Origin: Macrostomum lignano
Taxonomy: Eukaryota
DNA length: 64,000 nucleotides
Direction of reading: 5' to 3'
Assembly: GCA_002269645.1 (NCBI GenBank)
Contig: NIVC01001454.1
Span: forward strand, 1 to 64,000
Under the pieces are notes generated by a model. The model worked only from the letters and a program-made list of their open reading frames with translations. It searched no databases and had not been told where the DNA came from. Every line of letters begins with the position of its first letter. Positions within the stretch are counted from its first letter, which is position 1. The position numbers were made by a program, and so were the translations under genes. Below are positions 14,727 through 30,400 of this stretch, piece after piece.

Positions 14727-17700
14727 ATGAATTCAAGTTTTCCTCTCTGTGCTACTCCTATCTGGGTATGTCTATTGTTGCTTTCTGTATCATATAAGCA
14801 ATCAATGATTAATACACTCTAAATGTATTGATTTCTTTTTAAATAAAAAATTTCTAGGATGCGGCAACCACATGGCACACAATGCAACCAGACCTTACTG
14901 CCTGTTTCTACTATGTTATAATGCCACTTGGTCTAATTGGCTATTGTCTGCTGATGTTCATTCCAACTCTGGCATTTCTCATTTCAACTCTGATGCAGAC
15001 ACAAGTGCGTCAGCGAGACAGGGTGCAACAGGTCAACTGGGTCATGCTGACCAGGCTGGTGGGTGGCTACTAATTGGTGCACTTTTGCTGTGTACTTTTC
15101 GGATTGTGACAGTCCATTAGCTAAATATATGACAAGTCTAGTTGTCAGCCCACGACTGGGCTGACTGACTGGCTGACCAGCTGACAATTCTAGTTGTAAG
15201 CTGACTGACTGACTGACTGACTAGCTGACAAGTCTAGTTGTTGACTGACTGACTGACCAGCTGAAAAGTCGAGTTGTAGGCTGACTGACTGGCTGACCAG
15301 CTGACAAGTCTAGTTGTAGACTGACTGACTGACTGACCAACTGACAAGTCTAGTTGTAGACTGACTGACTCACTGACCAACTGACAAGTCTAGTTGTAGA
15401 CTGACTGACTCACTGACCAACTGACAAGTCTAGTTGTAGACTGACTGACTGACTGACCAACTGACAAGTCTAGTTGTAGACTGACTGACTGACTGACCAA
15501 CTGACAAGTCTAGTTGTAGGCTGACTGACTCACTGACAAGTCTAGTTGTAGGCTGACTGACTCACTGACAAGTCTAGTTGTATACTGACTGACTGACCAA
15601 CTGACAAGTCTAGTTGTAGACTGACTGACTCACTGACCAACTGACAAGTCTAGTTGTAGGCTGACTGACTCACTGACCAACTGACAAGTCTAGTTGTAGG
15701 CTGACTGACTCACTGACCAACTGACAAGTCTAGTTGTAGACTGACTGACTCACTGACCAACTGACAAGTCTAGTTGTAGGCTGACTGACTCACTGACCAA
15801 CTGACAAGTCTAGTTGTAGGCTGACTGACTCACTGACCAACTGACAAGTCTAGTTGTAGACTGACTGACTCACTGACCAACTGACAAGTCTAGTTGTAGG
15901 CTGACTGACTCACTGACCAACTGACAAGTCTAGTTGTAGGCTGACTGACTCACTGACCAATTGACAAGTCTAGTTGTAGGCTGACTGACAAATTGACAAG
16001 TCTACTTGTAGACTGACTGACTGACCATTAGATCCGTTATAAACTTTAGTTGCCATGCGCAAATGATTTAGCGTATGCAAGCAGTTGCCTAGCACTCAAT
16101 AACCGATGCCCCACCCAGATCGATAATGCCAATTCCTTCTCCGTGTTTGCAGCTCATTCCGATTCTATTCAGCCTCGTCACCCTGCTAGACTTCGTCACC
16201 TCGATTATGCTGACAAACCGAGATTTGGAATTGCGCCTGCACCCTGGCTTTCTGTTTATTGCAATGGTAACATATTTTAGTTTTATTATTTTTTGGTTCG
16301 CGACTGACTTTCTCACTGTGTCTGTCTGTCGGCTACAGTTTCTGTTAAGTGTATTTTAGCCAAGTTATTGTAGCTTAAATTCATCAGGAAAAGGCTACAT
16401 TAAAGTTTGCACGCTTTCGATAGATAACTACGTATCCAGGCTTGATGCAATGATATTGTACTCATTTTCATTTTGTGGCTATAATGCTGACGATTCACGC
16501 ACATACATTTAGCCCTAATTCAAATTTAAATATAATTCGCATCCCACACCCCACATTTCCCACATCACATTCTCCACAAACTGTATTTCCTACACTCCAT
16601 ATTATCTACATTCCACATTCCCCACACTCCATATTTCCGACACACCATATTTCCCACACACCATGTTCCCCACACTCCATATTCCCCACACTCCATGTTC
16701 CCCACACTCCATGTTCCCCACACTCCATATTCCCCACACTCCATATTCCCCACACTCCATGTTCCCCACACTCCATGTTCCCCACACTCCATGTTCCCCA
16801 CACTCCATGTTACCCACACTCCATGTTCCCCACACTCCATATTCTCCGCACCATGTTCCCCACACTCCATATTCCCGACACTCCATATTCTCCGCACCAT
16901 GTTCCCCACACTCCATATTCCCGACACTCCATATTCTCCGCACCATGTTCCCCACACTCCACATTCCCGACACTCCATATTCTCCGCACCATGTTCCCCA
17001 CACTCCATGTTCCCCACACTCCAGTTTCTCCACACTCCATGTTCCCCACACTCCATATTCTCCACACACCATGTTCCCCACACTCCATATTCTCCACACT
17101 CCATGTTCCCTACACTCCATATTCCCCGCACCATGTTCCCCACACTCCATATTCTCCACACTCCATGTTCCCCACACACCATATTCCTACACTCCATATT
17201 CCGCACACTTCACATTCCCCACACTCTAGATTCCCCACATGCCACATTCCCTACATTCCACATTCTCCACATTCCACATTCCAAATTCCCTACATTCCAC
17301 ATTCTCTACATTCCACATTCCCTACATTCCACATTCCCCGCGCTCCACAATCCCCACATTCCACATTTCCCACATTCCACATTCCCACACTTTCACTGCA
17401 CTGAACAAATGAAATCCTTTCTAAAGCACTAAACAATACAGGGGATTTATAATGCTACACAAATCGTCTCCCATGCAATGCAGGTCTCAGTTTGCTGCGT
17501 TCACGCCTTGGAGATCAGGAAGCAGCGAGCCACCTCGGGCGCTACTTTTCTATACTGGCTACTGGCTCTGACCCATTTCTGTCTGGCTCTGCAATCTGAG
17601 TCTCGAACTAAAGCTGTGAGTGAGGAGCAGCAGATCCAAATAGTTTTTTTGCATTTATCATAACTGTGTTTTAATTCCCCTAAAATATCCTGTCTATTCT

Positions 17701-20700
17701 TGCTAGAAAATCGTTGCAAACAATTTACTTGCAAACGTCGCCTGGCAAATGTCTAGCTGGCAAATGTCTAGCTGGCAAACGTCAGCTGGCAAATGTCTAG
17801 CTGACAAACGTCGGCTGGCAAATGTCTAGCTGACAAACGTCGGCTGGCAAATGTCTAGCTGGCAAACGTCGGCTGACAAACGTCTAGCTGGCAAACGTCA
17901 GCTGGCAAATGTCTAGCTGACAAACGTCGGCTGGCAAATGTCTAGCTGACAAACGTCGGCTGGCAAATGTCTAGCTGGCAAACGTCAGCTGGCAAATGTC
18001 TAGCTGGCAAATGTCAAGCTGGCAAACGTTTTTAAGAGTCGCAGACAATAAAACGCTTTAAAGTGACTGTTAGGCGACTTTTTTGGCGACGTGTACCGTG
18101 ACATCTCGTAGTTTTAGAGTCACTGCTTCCCTATTTTACCTGTGTTACCTACAACGACTATGGGGCGCTTTTTGGCCTAGCTAAAAACCGTTGTCATCGA
18201 GATTATTATTCTTTATTAATCTACCTACCACCCCACCCCTCTCTCACCATTGAACATCCCGCAGCTGTACAACGGGTGGCCGCAAAAGTTCGGCCTATTG
18301 ATAGCCTACACAGTGCTATCGGCCACTGGCTTAGTGGCTGCATCGGCATCCGGTCTGAGACCTGCGACAGCAACTGCTGGTCATCAGCAGGAGCAGACAG
18401 CCTTGGCCGCCTGTCCAGAGAAAACGGCAAACTATCTATCCCGCCTATCGTTCTGGTGGATAACGCCTCTAATCCTTAGCGGCTACCGGTCGCCGCTGAC
18501 CTACGCTTCCCTATTCCAGTTGAACGCTCGAGACGATTGCGTCAATCTGTTTCCCAGATTTAAACGGGCCTGGAATGCCTACGTCTGTGCCACCAATCGG
18601 GCGTCGGGATCTGAAACTGCCGGCGAAGCTAACGGTAGCGGAGTTTTAGTAGATGGACAACGACGACAGCAACGCATTCGCGGTTTGCGCTTCCGAAATC
18701 GGCTGATCTCGGAGGATGGCAGCGCTGTTAGTATGAAATCGGTTGAGCCTGCGGCTGAGCAGTGCAATGACGAGCCGAAGGACGATACTAAACTGTGCCC
18801 GGCTCAGGAGGAGCAGGCCGCTATGGTTAGTGCCTGTCAATAAACTACAGGAACAGGAATATACCAGTACAGTCAGGTCCAACAGGGATAGGCAGGTCTA
18901 ACAGGTATTCAACAGAGATAGACAGGTCCAACAGGGATAGACAAGTCTAACAGGTATTCAACAGAGATAGACAGGTCTAACAGGTATTCAACAGGGATAG
19001 ACAGGTCCAACAGGGATAGACAAGTCTAACAGGTATTCAACAGAGATAGACAGGTCTAACAGGTATTCAACAGGGATAGACAGGTCCAACAGGGATAGAC
19101 AGGTCTCACAGGTATTCAACAGAGATAGACAGGTCCAACAGGGATAGACAGGTCTAACAGGTATTCAACAGAGATAGACAGGTCTAACAGGGATAGACAA
19201 GTCTAACAGGTATTCAACAGAGATAGACAGGTCCAACAGGGATAGACAAGTCTAACAGGTATTCAACAGAGATAGACAGGTCTAACAGGTATTCAACAGG
19301 GATAGACAGGTCCAACAGGGATAGACAGGTCTCACAGGTATTCAACAGAGATAGACAGGTCCAACAGGGATAGACAGGTCTAACAGGTATTCAACAGAGA
19401 TAGACAGGTCTAACAGGTATTCAACAGAGATAGACAGGTCCAACAGGGATAGACAAGTCTAACAGGTATTCAACAGAGATAGACAGGTCTAACAGGTATT
19501 CAACAGGGATAGACAGGTCCAACAGGGATAGACAGGTCTCACAGGTATTCAACAGAGAGACAGGTCCAACAGGGATAGACAGGTCTAACAGGTATTCAAC
19601 AGAGATAGACAGGTCCAACAGGAATAGACAGGTCTAACAGGGATAGACAGGTCCAACAGGGATAGACAGGTCCAACAGGGATAGACAGGTCCAACAGGGA
19701 TAGACAGGTCCATCTGGTATTCAACATGTATAGACAGACAGGGATAGACAGGGATTGGGATAGACATGCCCAACAGGGATTCAACAGGGATGCACAGTCA
19801 GGTACAACAGGGATGGACAGTCAGGTACAACAGGGATGGACAGTCAGGTACAACAGGGATGGACAGTCAGGTACAACAGGGATGGACAGTCAGGTACAAC
19901 AGGGATGCAGGGATGGACAGTCAGGTACAACAGGGATGCAGGGATGGACAGTCAGGTACAACAGGGATGGACAGTCAGGTACAACAGGGATGGACAGTCA
20001 GGTACAACAGAGATGGACAGTCAGGTACAACAGGGATGGACAGTCAGGTACAACAGGGATGGACAGTCAGGTACAACAGGGATAGACAGGTCTCACAGGT
20101 ATTCAACAGAGAGACAGGTCCAACAGGGATAGACAGGTCTAACAGGTATTCAACAGAGATAGACAGGTCCAACAGGAATAGACAGGTCTAACAGGGATAG
20201 ACAGGTCCAACAGGGATAGACAGGTCCAACAGGGATAGACAGGTCCAACAGGGATAGACAGGTCCAACAGGGATAGACAGGTCCATCTGGTATTCAACAT
20301 GTATAGACAGACAGGGATAGACAGGGATTGGGATAGACATGCCCAACAGGGATTCAACAGGGATGCACAGTCAGGTACAACAGGGATGGACAGTCAGGTA
20401 CAACAGGGATGGACAGTCAGGTACAACAGGGATGGACAGTCAGGTACAACAGGGATGGACAGTCAGGTACAACAGGGATGGACAGTCAGGTACAACAGGG
20501 ATGGACAGTCAGGTACAACAGGGATGGACAGTCAGGTACAACAGGGATGGACAGTCAGGTACAACAGGGATGGACAGTCAGGTACAACAGGGATGGACAG
20601 TCAGGTACAACAGGGATGGACAGTCAGGTACAACAGAGATGGACAGTCAGGTACAACAGGGATGGACAGTCAGGTACAACAGGGATGGACAGTCAGGTAC

Positions 20701-21769
20701 AACAGGGATGGACAGTCAGGTACAACAGGGATGGACAGTCAGGTACAACAGGGATGGACAGTCAGGTACAACAGGGATGGACAGTCAGGTACAACAGGGA
20801 TGGACAGTCAGGTACAACAGGAATAGACAGTCAGGTACACCATACGAGTAGATGTAGATTAGAGCGGGAACAAAGACTTGAGGATTGGAGGCAGACACGA
20901 AGAGCTAATTGAGCAACAAGTACAACGCATGTACCCCCCCTTTTTTATGCCGCAGGCGGACCGGTTCAACCCAATCGTACTCAAAGTACTATTCCGAATG
21001 TTTGCACCTTCGATTCTGCTAAGCGTGTCCTTGAAATTATTCTACGACCTGTTGAACTTTTCCGGCACACTCATATTGAAGGCCATACTGAAATATTTGC
21101 AATCCGGTGCTGTGTACGAATGGCGCGGCTATTTCTATGTTGGCCTGATATTCCTAGCTGGTCTAGTTCAGACAGCCATCCTGCATCAGTACTTTCACAT
21201 CGTATTCGTGCTGGGCATGCAGATTCGAACTAGTTTAGTGTGCGCCGTGTATAACAAATCATTGAAACTGTCTAATCAGGCTAGAAAAACAACTACAACT
21301 GGTTCTATTGTCAATCTAATGTCGGTTGATTCGTTCAAATTTCAAGAGCTGATGTCCTATATTAACATATTGTGGTCAGGCCCGCTGCAGATTGTTATCT
21401 GTTTAGTGCTGCTCTACCAAGAGCTGGGTCCGTCTATCTTTGCTGGCGTAGCCGTGCTCATTATACTGATCCCAATTAACGGCGTCCTGGCCAAGTATAT
21501 GAAACAGTTTCAAGTGGAACAGATGGAGCTCAAGGATACGAGGATTAAAATGATAAGCGAAATACTGGCCGGTATTCGAGTTATTAAACTGTACGCCTGG
21601 GAGCTGGCGTTTGCTCAACAGGTAAGGGGGGTAAGTGGCTGCGGATAGACAGACAGGCAGACTTACAGACACACAGACAGACAGAGACAGACAGACAGAT
21701 CAGACAGATCAGACACACAGACAGATCAGACAGACAGACAGATCAGACAGACAGACACACAGACAGATC

Positions 21770-21808
<39 letters not shown>

Positions 21809-21962
21809 TCAGACAGATCAGACACACAGACAGATCAGACAGATCAGACAGATCAGACACACAGACAGATCAGACAGACAGACACACAGACAGATCAGAC
21901 AGACAGACAGACAGACAGATCAGACAGACAGACACACAGACAGATCAGACAGACAGACAGGC

Positions 21963-21993
<31 letters not shown>

Positions 21994-24900
21994 TCAGACA
22001 GATCAGACACACAGACAGATCAGACAGATCAGACAGATCAGACACACAGACAGATCAGACAGACAGACACACAGACAGATCAGACAGACAGACACACAGA
22101 CAGATCAGACACACAGACAGATCAGACAGACAGACAGACAGATCAGACACACAGACAGATCAGACAGACAGACACACAGAGCACAGACAGATCAGACAGA
22201 CAGACAGATCAGACAGACAGACACACAGACAGATCAGACAGACAGACAGGCAGACAGACAGACAGACGGGCACTAAGACGGACAGGCAGACAGACAGACA
22301 GACAGACAGACAGATCAGACAGATCAGACACACAGACAGATCAGACAGATCAGACAGATCAGACACACAGACAGATCAGACAGACAGACAGACACACAGA
22401 CAGATCAGACACACAGACAGATCAGACAGACAGACAGATCAGACACACAGACAGATCAGACAGACAGACACACAGACAGATCAGACAGACAGACACTAAG
22501 ACAGACAGGCAGACAGGCAGACAGACAGACAGACAGACAGGCAGGCAGACAGACAGACAGACAGACAGACAGGCTGACAGACAGACAGACAGACAGATAG
22601 GACACAGGCGTACAGCACACATGCAGGCAGAAAGAAGAACAGAAAACAGCAGACAGACAGCGGACAGAACAAGATATATCAGGTCAGTCTGACAATAAAG
22701 GTAGCTCGTATAACTGATAGCAGCAGGTGCAGCAGCCTAAACCGTCCTCAGCACTACGCCCCCCCCTACCTACTCGCAGGTCAGCGCCACTCGCAAAAAA
22801 GAAATCGCCGTGATGCGTCGTTCGGCCTTCCTTAATGCCGGTATCTCGTTTGCCTGGAGCTGCACCCCTGTGCTGGTGTCTCTGGCTACGTTCTCGGTGT
22901 ACACACTCAGTTCGCCGGATAACATCCTCGACGCTGAGAAGTGCTTCGTATCTATATCGCTATTTAATCTGTTGCGTTTTCCTTTGGCTATACTGCCTAT
23001 GGTGGCTAATTCTACTGTGGAATGCACCGTGTCTTTGAAGAGGCTGACCAACTTTTTAACGTTGGACGAGCTTGATAAGTGAGTTTGCGTGACTGAGTGA
23101 GGGGTGAGATAGTGACTGAGATAGGAGTGAGATAGTGATTGAGTTAGTGGTGAGATAGTGACTGAGTTAGGGGTGAGATAGTGACTGAGTTAGGGGTGAG
23201 ATAGTGACTGAGTTAGGGGTGAGATAGTGACTGAGTTAGGGGTGAGATAGTGACTGAGTTAGGGGTGAGATAGTGACTGAGTTTAGGGTGAGATAGTGAC
23301 TGAGTTAGGGGTGAGATAGTGACTGAGTTAGGGGTGAGATAGTGACTGAGTTAGGGGTGAGATAGTGACTGAGTTAGGGGTGAGATAGTGACTGAGTTAG
23401 GGGTGAGGTAGTGACTGAGTTAGGGGTGAGGTAGTGACTGAGTTAGGGGTGAGACAGTGACTGAGTTAGGGGTGAGATAGTGACTGAGTTAGGGGTGAGG
23501 TAGTGACTGAGTTAGGGGTGAGATAGTGACTGAGTTAGGGGTGAGATAGTGACTGAGTTAGAGGTGAGATAGTGACTGAGTTAGGGGTGAGATAGTGACT
23601 GAGTTAGGGGTGAGGTAGTGACTGAGTTAGGGGTGAGATATATAGTGATTGAGTTTAGGGTGAGATAGTGACTGAGTTAGCGATGAGATAGTGACTGAGT
23701 TAGGGGTGAGATAGTGACTGAGTTAGGGGTGAGATAGTGACTGAGTTAGGGGTGAGATAGTGACTGAGTTAGCAACCACTTTCGTTGGTACAATGCAAAT
23801 GCGGGGTGACGCAGTGATTTGAGCGACTTCTTCAAAATGAGATGATTTATTGATTCACCAAATTTTCACCCTTACGCAGACGAGCTGTGAAGCGCCGACC
23901 GGAGCAGAAAGCCGCTCTTCGAATCGAGTCAGGCAAATTCAGCTGGGATGGGCCGAGCGGAGCGCCAACTCTCTCTGACGTCAATCTGGAGATTGAAGAC
24001 GGCTCGCTTATTGCCATTGTTGGCACAGTTGGTGCCGGCAAAAGCTCGCTGTTAAATGCGCTGCTAGGCTACATAACAAAGCTGGATGGCACAGTGTTGA
24101 TTAAAGGCTCGCTAGCCTACTTCAGCCAGGAGCCGTTCATACAGAACCTGAGCCTGCGCGATAATGTACTGTTTAATTCGCCGATGCACGAGAATCTATA
24201 TCGTCAAGTGATTGACTGCTGCGCTTTGGAACGGGATCTGGAGATTCTGCAGGCCGGTGATATGACTGAGATTGGCGAGAAGGGTATTACCCTGTCCGGT
24301 GGGCAGAAGGCTCGCGTGTCTCTGGCTAGGTAAAAAGAAAATCATGCTAAAAATGTTTTAAATTGCTGTACTTTTAGTAGGCTAATTGATGTTTACAAGT
24401 ATTTTTATTTCCGTCAACTACTTATAGTAGGCTAATTGATTATCAGAAGTGTATTCATGTAGGTAAACTACGACTACTTTTAGTAGGCTATTTGATATTT
24501 TGTTGAAATAATCAAGCAAACTACTTAAAGTAAACTACGAATATAAGCTTTTTTGGTGTATTCAAGCAAACTACTTGCAGTAGACTATAAGGTTTTTATT
24601 GAAATAATTAAGCAAACTACTTTAGTAAATAAATCGATTTTTATTGGTATATACGAGTCAACTACTTGTAAGTAGAATAAAAGGCTTTTTTTAATATTCA
24701 AGCAAACTACTTATAGTAGGCTATAAGGTTTTATAGAACTATTTTATAAAACTTTCTATCCCTACATCACATTTCTATTAACAAAGAGCCTGCTACGCTG
24801 ACAAAGACATCTACCTGTTGGACGACCCATTATCAGCCGTTGACGTACACGTTGGCAAGCACATATTCGAACGCGTCATCAGCTCAGAGACCGGCCTATT

Positions 24901-26393
24901 GAGCCGTAAGACTCGCGTCCTAGTAACGCACTCATTGACCTATCTGCCCAGGGTGGATCGGATTGTTGTCCTGAACGACGGCCGGGTGTCCGAGATTGGC
25001 ACGTTTCGCGAATTAGTCAAAGCCGACGGACCATTTGCCAAGCTGATTAGTGAGTTCTTGGCCAGTCACAGTCACCATGCTCACGCCACTACAAATTACT
25101 CAGCCACCGCTGTCCCCGACTCAACCAACGCTGAACCGAGCGCTGCTCCGCCAGTTGAAGATGTCGACACTGTGCTCAATATATTGGACGAAATTCAGAA
25201 AGAAGAAATGGAAAAAGAGGGAGCTGTAGAAGAAAGCAAAGATGAAGCTGTTGCTGGCGTTGACAATGCCGATTCTCTGGCTGCGGCCGCTCTGAATAGT
25301 GTTCAGCTACTGCCAGATGATGTCGCCGCTAATGAGACCGACGCCGCCAAGGCGCCTCTGCTAGCTACTAGCGTCGGTAGTAGCAATGGTCCAATTGCTG
25401 ATAAGACTGCAGGTTTGTAGTGCTGATAGGGATGGCAGCGACTGGGTGTGGCACCGGGGAGAAAAACAAGAGACTGGGTGTGGCACCGGGGGGGGTGCGC
25501 GCCAGAGACTGAGTGTGGCACCGGAGAGAAACACACCAGAGACTGGGTGTGGCACCGGGGGGGGGACGCCAGAGACTGAGTGTGGCACCGGGGAGAAACA
25601 CACCAGAGACTGGGTGTGGCACCGGGGGGGACGCCAGAGACTGAGTGTGGCACCGGGGAGAAACACACACGAGACTGGGTGTGGCACCGGGGGGGGGCGC
25701 CAGAGACTGGGTGTGGCACCGGGTGGGGGACGCCAGAGACTGGGTGTGGCACCGGGGGGGGGGCGCCAGAGACTGGGTGTGGTACCGGGGGGGGCGCCAG
25801 AGACTGGGTGTGGTACCGGGGGGGGGGCGCCAGAGACTGGGTGTGGCACCAGGGGGGGGCGCCAGAGACTGGGTGTGGCACCGGGGGGGGGGGCGCCAGA
25901 GACTGGGTGTGGCACCCATGGAAAAATTGAGGTCGAAGCAAGCAATACTAAGGCCAGTTGACACCCTGCTAACCGAATTTACAGACGCCAGTAAGAAGAA
26001 TCTCGAAGGCGCCCCCGCTGCGAACGCGCTATTCAGAACCACAGACGAGGAGAAATCTAAAACTGGCCGGGTGAACTGGCGTGTCTATCTGACTTATTTC
26101 CGCGCTGTTGGACTGCTCTTCTGCCTGGGCGTTGTCATCACCTACATTCTCGCTCACGGCCTGTCCCTGGGCTCCAACTTCTGGCTGGTGGACTGGACTG
26201 ACGACGCCAGGCGGATTGCGCAATTCAATGGAAGCAGCAGTCGCGGCGGCGGAGTCAACGGCACAACAGTTGCGCCGCCGGCTGAGAGCTGGAGCCGGCC
26301 GCAGCGGATTGGCATTCTGGCTGCGTTTGGCTTGCTGCAAGGTGAGCCAGCTCTGGGGCTGAGTCTGACCGATGGCGTAGATAGATAGGTAGG

Positions 26394-26440
<47 letters not shown>

Positions 26441-26499
26441 GTAGATGGATAGATTGATAGATAGATAGGTAGATGGATAGATGGATAGATGGATAGATG

Positions 26500-26545
<46 letters not shown>

Positions 26546-26546
26546 T

Positions 26547-26584
<38 letters not shown>

Positions 26585-26601
26585 CAGATAGATAGATAGA
26601 C

Positions 26602-26651
<50 letters not shown>

Positions 26652-26685
26652 ATGATTGATAGATAGATAGATAGATAGGTAGATG

Positions 26686-26755
<70 letters not shown>

Positions 26756-26793
26756 CAGATAGGTAGATGGATAGATGGATAGATGGATAGATG

Positions 26794-26831
<38 letters not shown>

Positions 26832-26832
26832 T

Positions 26833-26874
<42 letters not shown>

Positions 26875-26960
26875 CAGATAGATAGATAGATAGATAGATA
26901 GGTAGATGGATAGATTGATAGATAGATAGGTAGATGGATAGATGGATAGATGGATAGATG

Positions 26961-26998
<38 letters not shown>

Positions 26999-26999
26999 T

Positions 27000-27037
<38 letters not shown>

Positions 27038-27038
27038 T

Positions 27039-27076
<38 letters not shown>

Positions 27077-27093
27077 CAGATAGATAGATAGAC

Positions 27094-27155
<62 letters not shown>

Positions 27156-27189
27156 ATGATTGATAGATAGATAGATAGATAGGTAGATG

Positions 27190-27259
<70 letters not shown>

Positions 27260-27324
27260 CAGATAGGTAGATGGATAGATGGATAGATGGATAGATGGAT
27301 AGATAGACAGATAGATAGATAGAC

Positions 27325-27386
<62 letters not shown>

Positions 27387-27417
27387 ATGATTGATAGATA
27401 GATAGATTGATAGATAG

Positions 27418-27494
<77 letters not shown>

Positions 27495-30400
27495 GGTGGG
27501 TAGATTGGTAGCTAGGTAGGTAGCTGGATAAGTTGATTGATTGAGTGATTGATTGATAGACACAGATACATAAGCAAAGTTTCAAGACCTTTTAACTGCT
27601 CTATACATATATATTGTTTTTCTAAGCAAGCGTTTGTTTCTAATGATCATAAAAAGTAGATTCATTTATTTAATAAAGCATTACATCGGTACTACTACAC
27701 TGTTACCGTGTAGAATGTGTCAGCTTTTGTATCATAGAGCTCAGTGCCCAGCCAATGCCATAACCGTACCAATGCACTATACATGAACAGGCTTTGCCGA
27801 ATGCATTGGGGCCGTACAGTGCGCCTTCAGCGCCACCCTGGCATCTGTGCACCTGCACCAAAACCTGCTCAATTCGTTGCTAAGCTGGCCAGCTTTGCGT
27901 TTCTCTGCCAGCATTTTGAGTGGCCCAATCATAACCAGATTCAGTGCAGATCTAGACGAAGTAGATCTTGTACTGCCATTCACTTTGAGATCTCTGGCTA
28001 ACAGCCTGATTCAGTTGGTTGGCATTGGCATTGTCATTGCCACTTTATTCTACCTGCCAGCCCTAGCCGTTTGTCTTTCAGTAGCTGTGTTCTATTATTT
28101 CATACAAGTGAGTATTTATTTATGCCAAGGTCCTGCACGCGTGATCAGAGAGTGCCAAACAAGTAGCCAGATTATATTATATAACCTAAAATCAATTGCA
28201 ATTTTAATAATGACTTTGCGCTAATCAACAAAGTTAACGGGGTGTCTTGTTCTCTACATGCATTTGTCGTTTGTAATACTTTGTGTGTGTATTTTCTAGG
28301 CAAAAGTCTGTTGACTCTGTCTACTTACGAGTATATAAGTTATTTGAAAGTATGTAATTTAAAAAAATGCAAGATGCAATATTTTCTCATCTGCTTAAGC
28401 TACCCTAATTTTCGATGATAATGTAAAATTTCGCATGTAAATGTTTGGTTTAGAACGCGTGTACTTTGCTACGGGTATGCTTTGGTACGTGTGTACTTTG
28501 GTATATCTGTTGTTTAGTTCTAAACCAACGTATAGTACATGTACTTTAGTACATGCACCTTAATTTGTATGTACTTTGGTACGTATGTGCTTCAATTCGT
28601 ATGTATTTTATTACGCATTTACTTTAGTACGTATGTACTTAATTACGCGTGTACTTTAGTACGTATGTACTTTAGTACGTATGTACTTTAGTACGTATGT
28701 ACTTTAGTACGTATGTACTTTAGTACGTATGTACTTTAGTACGTATGTACTTTAGTACGTATGTACTTTAGTACGTATGTACTTTCGTACCCATGTACTT
28801 TAGTGTGTTTGTATATTTAGGTAGGTAATAACTGTTACGAGTATTGATAGATGTCCCTGTGAGGTTCAAAAACCCTAAACTAGCCTACTTGTAAGTAGAA
28901 TAATCGGAGCATAAAAAAATATGCTGTTGCAGCCAGTCACGCAGCCGTCGGTATGCTTGGCATTTGGCTGTGCGCCACACACGCATCTCGTCAACTGCAC
29001 TCTGATCTGTTGCGCTCGCTGTTACGCCAGCCTGTTCACGCGCACGAATTACGCGCCTGCGGCAGGACTATTAACGTATTCTCTGGCGACGTGTCTCGCC
29101 TAGACATTGCCATGCCGCGTCGATGGAAATGGGTTGTACAGAGCTGCTTCTGGGTTGCGGAAAATTTTGTCGGTTTAACGACCGTGTCGGCGCTGAGATT
29201 GTCGCCGGCTCTGCTGCCGATCGGTCTTGCCTTGTGCGCACCTTTCTGCCTTGTACAGGTGGCCGGGGTAGAGCGCATAACAATTGCATAGCAGCATCCC
29301 ATGGATTATAGTTGCTATATTGAAGCTGCGCAACAGCAGTGCTAATTGATTTTGATTCTGATTTTCTAGCTAAAGCGCTGAAAAGGGGTATTTTTTCCAG
29401 TACTAAAACGCAAAACGCATTTTTTCATAGTTGGTTATCGCTTATCTTAAAAATAGTGCAGAGTAATCTCAGACCTACAAATATAGCTGTTCTTCAGGTT
29501 GGGCCTCTATCCTTCAAATTTGATCTCTATTCTTCAGATTTGATCTCTATCCTTCAGCTTTGATCTCTATCCTTCACATTTGATCTCTATCCTTCAAATT
29601 TGATCTCTATCCTTCAGCTTTGATCTCTATCCTTCACATTTGATCTCTATCCTTCAAATTTGATCTCTATCCTTCAAATTTGATCTCTATCCTTCAGGTT
29701 TGATCTCTATCCTTCACATTTGATCTCTATCCTTCAAATTTGATCTCTATCCTTCAGGTTTGATCTCTATCCTTCAGATTGGATCTCTATCCTTCAAATT
29801 TGATCTCTATTCTTCAGTTTGACCTCCCTCCATCCTTCAGGTAGGACCTCTATCCTTCAGGTTGGACCTCTATCCTTCAGATTGGATCTCTATCCTTCAG
29901 ATTTGATCTTTATTCTTCAGGTTTGATCTCTATCCTTCAGATTGGATCTCTATCCTTCAAATTTGATCTCTATCCTTCAGGTTTGATCTCTATCCTTCAG
30001 GTTTGATCTCTATCCTTCAGATTGGATCTCTATCCTTCAGATTTGATCTCTATCCTTCAGGTTTGATCTCTATCCTTCAGGTTGGGCCTCTATCCTTCAG
30101 GTCGGACCTCTATCCTTCAGGTCGGACCTCTATCCTTCAGGTTGGGCCTCTATCCTTCAGGTCGGACCTCTATCCTTCAGGTCGGACCTCTATCCTTCAG
30201 GTTGGGCCTCTATCCTTCAGGTCGGACCTCTATCCTTCAGGTTGGGCCTCTATCCTTCAGGTCGGACCTCTATCCTTCAGGTTGGGCCTCTATCCTTCAG
30301 GTTGGACCTCTATCCTTCAGGTTGGACCTCTATCCTTCAGATTTGATCTCTATCCTTCAGGTTTGATCTCTATCCTTCAGGTTGGGCCTCTATCCTTCAG

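Noticed and set aside
16475-17432. His/Pro-rich and antisense ORFs; likewise 8413-9223, 19421-20912, 21635-22622, 25303-26042, 30003-30683, 41324-42349, 43603-45723 and 52505-53114
   Set aside because: All lie over tandem repeats, mostly inside introns defined by flanking homologous exons.
23088-23772. Interstitial telomere or chromosome fusion site
   Set aside because: TTAGGG occurs once per 23-bp unit rather than as tandem hexamers, and there is no inverted junction.
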